From NCBI GenBank assembly GCA_019429445.1, contig JAHYIW010000002.1:37964-101963 (forward strand): a stretch of 64,000 nucleotides of DNA, written 5' to 3'. Source of the DNA: Desulfuromonadaceae bacterium. Its GTDB lineage: Bacteria; Desulfobacterota; Desulfuromonadia; Desulfuromonadales; JAHYIW01. A program made the translations under genes and the position numbers. The notes beneath the pieces were generated by a model. That model saw nothing but the letters and a program-made list of their open reading frames with translations, was not told where the DNA came from and made no database searches. Shown piece by piece: positions 37,810 to 46,591 of the stretch (positions are counted from its first letter, which is position 1; the number at the start of each line of letters is the position of its first letter).

Positions 37810-39348
37810 ATGAGTGAACCGACCAGAATCAAGATTTTTGATACGACTTTGCGTGACGGCGAGCAATCGCCCGGCGCGAGTATGAACATTGATGAAAAAT
37901 TGCGCATTGCCCATGTCCTCGAAAAGATGAACGTCGATGTCATCGAGGCCGGGTTTCCGATCGCTTCGATCGGAGATTTTGAGGCGGTCAAAAAGATTGC
38001 GCAAACGATCAAGGGGCCGGAAATTGCCGGACTGTGCCGCTCGAGTTTCAAAGATATCGATCGTGCCTGGGAGGCGCTGCACCATGCCGGTGAACGCGGC
38101 CGCATTCATACCTTTATCGCCACTTCCGACATTCATATGCAGCGCAAACTTCAAATGGCTCCGGAGAAGGTCCTTGAAGCCGCTGTGGCTGCGGTAAAAC
38201 ATGCCGCTGGTTATACCGCGAACGTTGAATTTTCGTGTGAGGACGCGGTGCGCACCCGACTCGAATTTCTTGCCGAAGTCGTCGAGGCGGTCATTGCCGC
38301 AGGGGCACGAACGGTGAATATCCCGGATACCGTCGGTTATGCCATGCCGTTCGAGTTTTACAATATTATCAAATATCTCAAAGACAATGTGCCGAATATC
38401 AATGACACAGTCATCTCGGTTCACTGTCATAACGATCTCGGACTCGCCGTTGCCAACTCCCTTGCTGCGTTACAGGCCGGCGCCGGGCAGGTTGAATGCA
38501 CTATCAACGGGATCGGCGAGCGTGCCGGCAACTGTTCTCTCGAAGAAGTGGTGATGGGACTTCGCACCCGTCGCGATATCATGCCGTTCACGACCGGTAT
38601 CAACACCGAGTATATCCACGGTATCAGCCGTTTGCTTTCGACTGTCACCGGAATCGTCGTGCAGCAGAACAAGGCGATTGTCGGGGCCAACGCTTTTGCT
38701 CATGAAGCCGGTATCCATCAGCATGGGGTGATGATGGATGCGCAGACCTACGAGATCATGACCCCTGAGTCAATCGGTCTCAACCGCAACAAGCTGGTGC
38801 TTGGCAAGCATTCCGGACGCCACGCATTTATTGAGCGGCTGAAGGATCTCGGCTATGAGTTGGACAAGGAAGATATTGAGAAGGCTTTCGTCCGGTTCAA
38901 GGCGCTGGCTGATCAAAAGAAAGAAATCTTCGACGAAGACATCGACGCAATCGTTGCCGACGAGGTCATTCGTATGGAGGAACGCTACAAACTGGTACAA
39001 ATCAATGTGTCCTCCGGGACCTTTGCCGCGCCGACCGCCACCGTCGAGATGGACGTCAACGGCAAAGTCAAGAAGGCTGCCGTTACCGGTGCCGGGCCGG
39101 TCGATGCCGCCTTCAAGGCGATCAAGAAACTGACCGGCAGCGGGGCAGAACTTAAACAGTTCAGTGTCGGGGCGATCACCGGTGGGACCGATGCCCAGGG
39201 CGAATGCACCGTACGGCTTGTAGAAAATGGCCGTGAAGTCCTCGGCCAGGGGGCGCACGAAGATATCATTGTCGCCAGCGCCAAGGCGTATATCAACGCC
39301 CTCAACAAAATGGCTTCGGTGATCGAGCGCACGCACATTTCTTTGTAA
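37810..39348 (+). CDS. leuA: 2-isopropylmalate synthase
   Basis: [25 protein letters not shown] and a C-terminal LeuA dimerisation/regulatory domain. Confidence 0.95.
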   Translation: MSEPTRIKIFDTTLRDGEQSPGASMNIDEKLRIAHVLEKMNVDVIEAGFPIASIGDFEAVKKIAQTIKGPEIAGLCRSSFKDIDRAWEALHHAGERGRIHTFIATSDIHMQRKLQMAPEKVLEAAVAAVKHAAGYTANVEFSCEDAVRTRLEFLAEVVEAVIAAGARTVNIPDTVGYAMPFEFYNIIKYLKDNVPNINDTVISVHCHNDLGLAVANSLAALQAGAGQVECTINGIGERAGNCSLEEVVMGLRTRRDIMPFTTGINTEYIHGISRLLSTVTGIVVQQNKAIVGANAFAHEAGIHQHGVMMDAQTYEIMTPESIGLNRNKLVLGKHSGRHAFIERLKDLGYELDKEDIEKAFVRFKALADQKKEIFDEDIDAIVADEVIRMEERYKLVQINVSSGTFAAPTATVEMDVNGKVKKAAVTGAGPVDAAFKAIKKLTGSGAELKQFSVGAITGGTDAQGECTVRLVENGREVLGQGAHEDIIVASAKAYINALNKMASVIERTHISL

Positions 39349-39418
39349 ACAGCAATCGTTGAGCGCCTCGTGAAGCTGCGGGGGCCGCGTTATTTTGATG
39401 GAAACACAAGGAGAGGTT

Positions 39419-40699
39419 ATGGGACAAACCACCGCAGAAAAAATCTTCGCCGCACATTTGCGTGACGAGCCGTTTCCGGGAACCCGGGTACTCGATATCG
39501 ATCGGGTGCTCTGTCATGAAATTACCACCCCGGTGGCAATCGCTGATCTTGAAGCACGCGGCAAGGACCGGGTTTTTGATAACACCAGGATCAAGGCGGT
39601 CATCGATCACGTCACCCCGGCCAAGGACAGCAAGACCGCCCTGCAGGCAAAGATGTTGCGCGACTGGACACGGCGTCACGCGATCAAGGATTTCTTTGAT
39701 GTCGGTCGCAACGGTGTCTGTCACGCGATCTTCCCGGAAAAAGGCTATATCCGTCCCGGTTTTACCGTCATTATGGGGGACAGCCATACCTGCACCCACG
39801 GCGCCTTCGGGGCCTTTGCCGCCGGTGTTGGCACCACCGACCTCGAAGTCGGCATGCTCAAAGGGGTCTGCGCTTTCCGCGAGCCGCAATCGATCCGTGT
39901 TAATCTTAACGGCGCCCTGAGTAACGGCGTTTACGCCAAGGACGTGATCCTCTACGTCATCGGCCAGCTCGGCGTCAACGGCGCCACTGACCGGGTCATC
40001 GAATTTCACGGCCCGGTTGTTGCCGCGATGGATATGGATGCCCGCATGACGTTGTGCAATATGGCCATCGAAGCAGGCGGCACCAGCGGTATCTGCCAAC
40101 CCGATATGGTCACCGTTGATTACCTCTGGCCCTTTATTCAACAGGAGTTCACCTCCAAAGAAGCTGCGCTCAACGAGTACAGCACCTGGTGCGCTGACGT
40201 CGATGCCGACTACGACAAGGTTTTTGATTTTGACATCAGCAAGATTGGCCCGCAGTGTACCTACAACTACAAACCTGACTGTGTCAAACCGGTGACCGAG
40301 ATGGCTGGCACCAGGGTCGATCAGATCTACATCGGCAGCTGCACCAACGGGCGCATTGAAGACCTGCGCCAGGCCGCCGCGATCCTCAAGGGGAGGAAGA
40401 TTACCGATGCGGTCCGTGGTATCGTCTCCCCGGCGACCCCGGTGATCTTCAAACAGGCGATGGATGAGGGGTTGCTGGATATTTTTATGGACGCCGGGTT
40501 CTGTGTCACCAACCCGACCTGCGGCGCCTGCCTCGGCATGAGTAACGGGGTTCTCGCCGAAGGGGAAGCCTGCGCCTCGACCACCAACCGCAACTTTGCC
40601 GGACGGATGGGCAAGGGGGGGATGGTGCATCTGATGAGTCCGGCGAGTGCGGCAGCGGCGGCCATCACCGGAGTTATCACCGATCCGCGTGATTATTGA
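39419..40699 (+). CDS. leuC: 3-isopropylmalate dehydratase large subunit
   Basis: Aconitase-family motifs and cluster Cys residues (GDSHT, GSCTNGR, CGACLG). ATG at 39419 follows AAGGAGAGG. Confidence 0.93.
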   Translation: MGQTTAEKIFAAHLRDEPFPGTRVLDIDRVLCHEITTPVAIADLEARGKDRVFDNTRIKAVIDHVTPAKDSKTALQAKMLRDWTRRHAIKDFFDVGRNGVCHAIFPEKGYIRPGFTVIMGDSHTCTHGAFGAFAAGVGTTDLEVGMLKGVCAFREPQSIRVNLNGALSNGVYAKDVILYVIGQLGVNGATDRVIEFHGPVVAAMDMDARMTLCNMAIEAGGTSGICQPDMVTVDYLWPFIQQEFTSKEAALNEYSTWCADVDADYDKVFDFDISKIGPQCTYNYKPDCVKPVTEMAGTRVDQIYIGSCTNGRIEDLRQAAAILKGRKITDAVRGIVSPATPVIFKQAMDEGLLDIFMDAGFCVTNPTCGACLGMSNGVLAEGEACASTTNRNFAGRMGKGGMVHLMSPASAAAAAITGVITDPRDY

Positions 40700-40716
40700 G
40701 TAAGGGAGAATTGACG

Positions 40717-41247
40717 ATGAAAAAAGTTTTTGGCGGTCCGGCGATTGTCCTCGACCGGTCCGATATCAATACCGATGAGATCATTCCGGCCAAGTACCTG
40801 ACCGAGGTGACCAAGGAAGCCCTCAAGCCGTATATTCTCGAAGACCTCAGCCTCGGTGATTTCGATCCCAAAGGGGCTTTGCTGCAGAACGCGACAGTTG
40901 TTGTTTCGCGGGAGAATTTCGGCTGCGGTTCGTCACGCGAGCACGCCCCGTGGGTCTTTGAAGTCAACGACATTCACACCATTATTGCCGAAAGTTATGC
41001 GCGCATCTTCCGCCAGAACATGTTCAACTGCGGAATGCTGGCGATTGAACTGCCCAAAGCCGCTATCGAAAAGATCATTGCGCTGGAGACCCGAGGAGCG
41101 CTGCGTGTCGCTGTCGACCTCCCCGCGCAGATGGTCACCGCCTCGGCGGGAAGCGCCCAGGAGTCCTTCTCCTTCGAGATCAGCCCGTTCGACAAGGCAC
41201 TGGTCGAAGCCGGTGGGTGGGTGGAGTTTGCCGACGCCCGCTATTGA
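40717..41247 (+). CDS. leuD: 3-isopropylmalate dehydratase small subunit
   Basis: NTDEIIPAKYL...NFGCGSSREHAPW. Confidence 0.9.
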   Translation: MKKVFGGPAIVLDRSDINTDEIIPAKYLTEVTKEALKPYILEDLSLGDFDPKGALLQNATVVVSRENFGCGSSREHAPWVFEVNDIHTIIAESYARIFRQNMFNCGMLAIELPKAAIEKIIALETRGALRVAVDLPAQMVTASAGSAQESFSFEISPFDKALVEAGGWVEFADARY

Positions 41248-41267
41248 TTCATCTGGGTGAGAAACCG

Positions 41268-41304
41268 CAGAACAGGGCCGGGCAGATTGTCCGGCCCTGT
41301 TCTG
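41268..41304. terminator. bidirectional terminator between convergent leuD and yciH-like gene
   Basis: cagaacagggccgg-gcagattgt-ccggccctgttctg: perfect 14-bp stem. Confidence 0.65.
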
Positions 41305-41366
41305 ATTCATGGGTCGCCGTGTCCAAACACGAGGTGATATCGACCGGTACGGAGATTTGCAGCTAG

Positions 41367-41708
41367 CTAGCTCCCCGCCAGTTTGACCGTCCACCCCTTT
41401 TTAACCAACTCGGCCTGTAGCACGGTGCGGTGGTCGCCCTGAATCTCAATGACACCATCCTTGAGCGTCCCGCCGCTGCCGCATTTCTGTTTCAATTCCT
41501 TCGCCAGTTGCTTCAACGCCTCACCGCTCAGCGGGACGCCGTAAATCAGCGTCACCCCTTTCCCCTTGCGCCCCTTGGTTTTGCGACCGATGCGGACGAT
41601 ACCGTCATGCGGGACGGGGGGAGCCGTGTCGGCGGAACGGCGGTTTTTTTCGGGACGTGTGCGCCCCTGACCATCGGACCAGACGGTGCGGAACTCGTCA
41701 CTGCTCAT
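41367..41708 (-). CDS. yciH: SUI1/YciH-family translation initiation factor
   Basis: GRKGKGVT.I.G......L..LAKELK.KCG.GG......IEIQGD.R.. Confidence 0.8.
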   Translation of the reverse strand: MSSDEFRTVWSDGQGRTRPEKNRRSADTAPPVPHDGIVRIGRKTKGRKGKGVTLIYGVPLSGEALKQLAKELKQKCGSGGTLKDGVIEIQGDHRTVLQAELVKKGWTVKLAGS

Positions 41709-41710
41709 CG

Positions 41711-42373
41711 TTACTCAAATTCCTTGCGAAAGGTGGCGAACTCCTGGCGCAGGGTTGCCAGTTCTTCTCTGAGCTCGGTCAGCTGCTGCTCCAGTGCGGC
41801 GCTGCGCTCATCTTCCGCCTGGAGCTTCAGGCGGGCGGCTGCGGGGGGTGCCGCGACGGTTTCCAGCTCCGGCTCACCGGCGAGCAGCTGGGCATAGCGT
41901 GATTCCTTGCGTCCCGCCTGGCGGGGGAGCTTAACGATCAATGCCTTGTCGCGCTCCATCATCTCGGCGATAACATCTTCGACCGCGTTGAGGTCAGCGA
42001 AGGGGCGCATTCGGTTGGCGCGCGTGCGCAGCTCGCCGGGGGTCTGCGGACCGCGCAGCAGCAGCTCCGCCAGCAACGCCAGTTCGTCGGGATCGAGATG
42101 CAGTTTGGCGTCGACGGAATGAGCATATTTAGTCGCCCGTCCCCCTTCGCCCGCCTCCATGGCGAAGCCCTTGAAACGCAAGGTGTCGAGCGCCCTGAGC
42201 ACGTCAGTGTCTGCCAGGGCCATGACCGGGTCGCGATTCGATTTCTGGTTACACGCGTTGGTCAGGGCGTTGAGGGTCAACGGGTAGTATTCCGGGGTTG
42301 CCAGATCTTTTTCAACGAGGCAGCCAAGGACCCGCACTTCAATGTCATTCAGTAACATATTCATTGAACTCAT
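41711..42373 (-). CDS. DUF480/YceH-family (UPF0502) protein
   Basis: L...E.RVLGCL.EK..TTPE.YPLTLNAL..ACNQKSNRDPVM, with a C-terminal coiled coil. Confidence 0.75.
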   Translation of the reverse strand: MSSMNMLLNDIEVRVLGCLVEKDLATPEYYPLTLNALTNACNQKSNRDPVMALADTDVLRALDTLRFKGFAMEAGEGGRATKYAHSVDAKLHLDPDELALLAELLLRGPQTPGELRTRANRMRPFADLNAVEDVIAEMMERDKALIVKLPRQAGRKESRYAQLLAGEPELETVAAPPAAARLKLQAEDERSAALEQQLTELREELATLRQEFATFRKEFE

Positions 42374-43269
42374 CCTTCTCCACGTTCCTGATCACGGTAG
42401 CGTTTCAGGATGTCCTGGTAGGCATCAATCCGACGATCACGCAAAAACGGCCAGATCTGGCGAACTTTTTCGCTGCGATTGAAGTCGATGGCGGCGATCA
42501 CGACTTCCGGGTCGCCCCCCGCAGCAGAGAGCAGTTCACCTTGTGGCCCGGCAACAAAACTGTTCCCCCAGAACTGTGCCCCGGCGGTTGCGCCACTTGG
42601 ATCAGTTTCGAATCCGGTCCGGTTAACGGCGACGACCGGCAGCCCGTTGGCAATGGCGTGACCGCGTTGCACGGTGCGCCAGGCGTCAAGCTGACGTTGC
42701 TGTTCATCCTCGTCGTCATGTGGGTCCCAGCCGATAGCGGTGGGATAAATCAGCATATCTGCTCCGGCCAGGGCCATCAGGCGGGCCGCTTCAGGGTACC
42801 ATTGATCCCAGCACACAAGGACGCCGAGGGTGCCGACGGAGGTTTTGATTGGCGAAAAGTCAGGATCACCGGGGGTGAAATAAAATTTTTCATGATAGCC
42901 GGGATCGTCGGGGATATGCATCTTGCGATAGGTGCCAGCGATGGTGCCGTCACTGTCGATGACGACGGCGGTGTTGTGATAAATCCCCGCTGCCCGTTTC
43001 TCAAACAGCGAAATCACCAGAACCACGCCAAGTTCCAGCGCCAGTTCGCCAAAGCGGTCGGTCGACGGTCCGGGGATTGTTTCGGCCCGATCGAAGTGCG
43101 TCAGGTCTTCGGTCTGACAGAAATAAAGGCCGTTGTGCAGTTCCGGAAGAACGACCAGTTGTGCTCCCTGGGTAACCGCGTGATGAATCTGTTGCTCCAG
43201 TAAATGCATATTGTCGATGCGATTTTCCTTGCAGGTGGTCTGAATTAACGCGACGTTCAAGGTGTTCAT
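42370..43269 (-). CDS. aguB: N-carbamoylputrescine amidase (carbon-nitrogen hydrolase)
   Basis: Nitrilase-superfamily Glu/Lys/Cys contexts (LVVLPELH, YRKMHIP, VCWDQW). Paired with agmatine deiminase. Start at ATG 43269. Confidence 0.85.
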   Translation of the reverse strand: MNTLNVALIQTTCKENRIDNMHLLEQQIHHAVTQGAQLVVLPELHNGLYFCQTEDLTHFDRAETIPGPSTDRFGELALELGVVLVISLFEKRAAGIYHNTAVVIDSDGTIAGTYRKMHIPDDPGYHEKFYFTPGDPDFSPIKTSVGTLGVLVCWDQWYPEAARLMALAGADMLIYPTAIGWDPHDDEDEQQRQLDAWRTVQRGHAIANGLPVVAVNRTGFETDPSGATAGAQFWGNSFVAGPQGELLSAAGGDPEVVIAAIDFNRSEKVRQIWPFLRDRRIDAYQDILKRYRDQERGEG

Positions 43270-44285
43270 CGTAGCACTCCTCGGGGTAGTTGCATTGTCA
43301 CGCAATGCAGTGAACCGTGCTGGCGGATCAGCGCACAGCAGTCGATGCCGATAATTTCGTGATCCGGAAACGCAGCGGCGACAACCGCCAGTGCCACCTC
43401 ATCAGCCGGATCCGCGTAGGTCGGCACCAGTACCGCACCGTTGATGATCAGGAAGTTGGCGTAGGTGGCCGGGAGGCGGTCGCCCGCGTCGTATCGGGGG
43501 CGCGGCCAGGGGAGGGGGAGCAGCCGATAGGGCGCGCCCTCCAGCGTGCGAAATCCCCGCAACTCTGCCGCCATCGCCTGGAGAGCGGCGTAGTGCTCGT
43601 CGGTCGGGTCGGTGCACGATTGATAGATGATCGTGTCTTCCGGGGTCAGGCGTGCCAGGGTGTCGATATGCGAATCGGTGTCGTCACCGGCCAGATAACC
43701 GTGATTGAGCCAGAGTATCCGCTTGGCACCGAAGTATCGCGTCAGCTCCACCTCGACCGCCGCGCGATCCAGCCGCGCATTGCGATTCGGATTGAGCAGA
43801 CACTCGGTCGTGGTCAGCAGGGTGCCGTGACCGTCACTCTCAATGCCGCCCCCCTCCAGAATCAGATCGACCGTTTCCAGTGGCAGCAAAGCAAATGCGT
43901 TTTGCTTTGCTAACGCGCGGGTGACGGCGTTGTCCTTAGCGGCGGGGAATTTCCCCCCCCAGCCGGTGAAGGTGAAATCAAGCAGGCGCGGGGCGTTGTC
44001 GATAACGGTGAGGGGACCGAAGTCGCGTGCCCAGGTGTCGTCGGTCGGGATTTCGTAGAGACGCACCTGGTCGAGATCGATCCCGGCGCTTTGCAGTTTG
44101 ACGCTGACGGTTGGCGCACAGTCGACAACCAGCAACACCGTCTCAAAGCGCATGATCGTTGCGATGATCGCGGAGTAAGTGGCCTCGACGTCGGCGAGCA
44201 GCGGTTCCCAGTCGGTATTTTTATGCGGCCAGGCAAGCAGGACTCCATCCTGTGCTTCCCATTCGGCAGGTAATCGGCGTGACAT
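43266..44285 (-). CDS. aguA: agmatine deiminase
   Basis: RLPAEWE.Q......WPH...DW, DTW.RD.GP, and a C-terminal GS.HC.T catalytic Cys. ATG at 44285 follows AGGAG. Confidence 0.88.
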   Translation of the reverse strand: MSRRLPAEWEAQDGVLLAWPHKNTDWEPLLADVEATYSAIIATIMRFETVLLVVDCAPTVSVKLQSAGIDLDQVRLYEIPTDDTWARDFGPLTVIDNAPRLLDFTFTGWGGKFPAAKDNAVTRALAKQNAFALLPLETVDLILEGGGIESDGHGTLLTTTECLLNPNRNARLDRAAVEVELTRYFGAKRILWLNHGYLAGDDTDSHIDTLARLTPEDTIIYQSCTDPTDEHYAALQAMAAELRGFRTLEGAPYRLLPLPWPRPRYDAGDRLPATYANFLIINGAVLVPTYADPADEVALAVVAAAFPDHEIIGIDCCALIRQHGSLHCVTMQLPRGVLR

Positions 44286-44492
44286 GCAGTGCTCCTGATC
44301 GGTCAGCAAGGCCTTGGATTCTAGCAGAATTGACCGGTGAAGCAACGGCTTTTTCGACATTTTTTGCTGCCTTGCCGGTTGATGTTGTTTTGTAATCGTG
44401 CTGAATTTGCATCTCGCGGGTAGAATCATTGACGCAGCGATGAGGTTGGACTAGATTGATGAAACAAACTCACTCCCACTGGAGCAACCACA

Positions 44493-45362
44493 ATGCTAAA
44501 GCTGATTTCATGCCTGATCCTGGCCCTGTTCTTCCCCCTGTTTGCCGGGTTCAGCGCTGTAGCAGCGGAGCAGGGCGCTGACCGGTCGACACGCCTTTTC
44601 CCGGTGGATTCCCTCTTTGTCAATTCGTTGTCCAGCGCCAAGGAGCCACGTACCCATGTCACCTGGCTGCGGCTTAATCTCCCCGTCAGCAGCTTCAATG
44701 TCGGTTCAGTCGGCTTTGGCGACAGCTTTGGTCTGGTGCGTGTGCCTGGATGGGGTGAAGCCGATGCCTGGCAGATCGGTATCAGCGGGGCAGTCCTTGC
44801 CCAATTCAACATGGACGCCGAGTCCCTCGACCTGATCAACGCCGACTATATTATCGGCTTTCCGCTCGGCTATCGAAATGGTGTCTGGTCCGCCCGGGTG
44901 CGTCTCTTCCATCAGTCCTCTCACTTGGGGGACGAGTTTCTGCTGCTGCCCCAGAATGCTGAACTGAAGGAACCGCGTATCAATTTAAGCTTCGAAACGG
45001 TCGAACTGCTCGCCGGCTGGGATTGGAAAGGTCTCCGCCTTACTGCTGGCCCCTCCTTCATTATCCATACCTCCACCCCGCTCAAGCGTTACAGCGCTCA
45101 GGCGGGAATCGATTACCTGCGTACCAAGCCTGTCGTCACCTCAACCGCTTACCCCTTTGCCAGCTTTCTCTGGCACGCCTGGGAGGAAACCGACTGGGAC
45201 ACGGATCTCACGGTCAAGGCCGGGGTCAACATCCGCAGCCCCTATGCCGAGAAACGTTCGATCCAGATATTCGGTGAGTATTATCACGGTAACTTGCCCT
45301 TCGGCCAATTCTACGCTTTGCGCTCCGAGTATTTTGGCGGGGGGATCAATATCTCTTTTTGA
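44493..45362 (+). CDS. DUF1207-like exported protein
   Basis: Signal peptide, LFP...LF......AKEPR and HQSSHLGDE motifs that I associate with DUF1207. The family assignment is from memory. Confidence 0.55.
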   Translation: MLKLISCLILALFFPLFAGFSAVAAEQGADRSTRLFPVDSLFVNSLSSAKEPRTHVTWLRLNLPVSSFNVGSVGFGDSFGLVRVPGWGEADAWQIGISGAVLAQFNMDAESLDLINADYIIGFPLGYRNGVWSARVRLFHQSSHLGDEFLLLPQNAELKEPRINLSFETVELLAGWDWKGLRLTAGPSFIIHTSTPLKRYSAQAGIDYLRTKPVVTSTAYPFASFLWHAWEETDWDTDLTVKAGVNIRSPYAEKRSIQIFGEYYHGNLPFGQFYALRSEYFGGGINISF

Positions 45363-45400
45363 AAAAATACCGAAAGAAAGTCGTTCTACATGGGATTCCG

Positions 45401-45512
45401 GGGGGATTTCGGGGACAGTTTATAGAATTGGGGGATTTCGGGGACAGTTTATAGAATTAAAATTCAAGGTTGCGTATACTGTCCCCGGAATGTTTACTGT
45501 CCCCGGAATGTG
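45401..45512. repeat. composite palindromic tandem repeat (2 x 29 bp, then 2 x 18 bp in inverted orientation)
   Basis: gggggatttcggggacagtttatagaatt occurs twice exactly (45401-45429, 45430-45458). After a 16-18 nt spacer come tactgtccccggaatgtt and tactgtccccggaatgtg (45477-45494, 45495-45512). Their core actgtcccc is the reverse complement of ggggacagt. Confidence 0.85.
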
Positions 45513-45690
45513 ATGCTGCCATGAAACCCGGCTATAGAAATTTTCAACGCCAACGGGGCCCCATAAGAAGAGGCCCCGTCCCGGTGCAGACCGGTAAAAT
45601 CTGGGCATTCGTTCTCCCCTGATTAAAATCACAGCGATACGCGACCACCATGCCCGCTGCGAGCGCAGGCACTTTTGCATCCTTTTGCTG
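45511..45690. repeat. 180-bp dispersed repeat, copy A
   Basis: Differs at 6 of 180 positions (hand alignment) from copy B, 361 bp downstream. Contains the hairpin acggggcc-ccataagaaga-ggccccgt. Confidence 0.85.
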
Positions 45691-45871
45691 GCCCAAAAGA
45701 GTAAGCAGAAAAGGGCCTGCCATTGCATGGAGCATGTCGGATTCGCAGGGGGAGGAATTCAAGAAGCTGTGTACGAGGGACGCGGTCGGTGCGCATCTGC
45801 CGCGTCTAACGGGGCTGTTCTTTTCGCCCCGTGCCTGTCGGCGTCTTCGTAGCGAACGGGGCGTGTTGTAT

Positions 45872-46051
45872 TGATGCCGCCATGAAACCCGGCTATAGAA
45901 ATTTTCAACGCCAACGGGGCCCCATAAGAAGAGGCCCCGTCCCGGTGCAGACCGGTAAAATCTGGGCACTCGTTCTCCCCTGATTGAAATCACAGAGATA
46001 CGCAACCACCATGCCCGCTGCAAGCGCAGGCACTTTTGCATCCTTTTGCTG
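45872..46051. repeat. 180-bp dispersed repeat, copy B
   Basis: See copy A. Its 3' end forms a perfect 11-bp hairpin, catccttttgc-tgccgg-gcaaaaggatg (46039-46066). Confidence 0.85.
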
Positions 46052-46144
46052 CCGGGCAAAAGGATGTCGGCTGGCGGGACGAAACCCGCCGGTTCAAAAA
46101 GTCTTTGGGCTTCGAAGATTGAAAGATTCGGATAATCTTTTCGC

Positions 46145-46255
46145 ATGGCACGCAAATCCCGCATTCATTTTTCCGGCGCACTTTATCACGTCATGCAGCG
46201 TGGCAACGGCAAGAACGATTGCGATCCCGATAGCGATTTTGATTTGGACAAATAA
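46145..46255 (+). pseudogene. truncated IS200/RAYT-like (Y1) transposase remnant
   Basis: MARKSRIHFSGALYHVMQRGNGKNDC matches the conserved N-terminus of COG1943/REP-associated tyrosine transposases (..R....G..YHV..RGN). The frame ends after 36 codons. Confidence 0.5.
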
Positions 46256-46591
46256 AACCCAAGGGCAGCAAAGACGATGGGGTCCGGCTCCTAAGTTGTC
46301 AAGATGGTTCAATGTTATCATCCTGAAATCCCGACCGGGTGCAGTTCTATGACCACGATTCTATTCGGGGGGTTCCGGATTCGACAAATCCAAAGAGGTT
46401 ACAGGGGAGAGTCATTGATTTTGACGAAGACGCGAAGATATTGAAAAATGTTGAGAGAAATGCCATAACAACAACCGACATGATCAACCCGGCTGCACGG
46501 AGCTGTGTTTGAGTGCCTCCGGTAACACTGCGGCAACTCAATAACCATTCCCGGAGCTGCCCGACCAGCTTCGGAAGAAAGAATCTTCAGC

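Noticed and set aside
39302-40630. 442-aa minus-strand ORF antisense to leuC
   Set aside because: Entirely inside leuC, whose aconitase-family motifs are clear. The antisense product has no recognisable domain and a skewed composition.
42298-43203. 301-aa plus-strand ORF antisense to aguB
   Set aside because: The minus-strand frame carries the nitrilase-superfamily Glu/Lys/Cys contexts. The plus-strand frame has none.
45401-45512. Possible CRISPR array
   Set aside because: There are only two adjacent repeat units with no spacer between them, followed by inverted copies. No cas genes are in the window. This is not CRISPR architecture.
45511-46066. Possible group II intron fragment or riboswitch in the 180-bp repeats
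   Set aside because: I could not find a domain V-like helix, GUGYG/AY boundaries or any riboswitch core by eye. Duplication of the unit argues for a repeat element.
45544-46164. 206-aa minus-strand ORF across the 180-bp repeats (and the 45420-45728 ORF)
   Set aside because: The 'protein' simply repeats with the DNA repeat, reads through hairpins and the palindromic array, and lacks an RBS. I treat it as non-coding repeat DNA.
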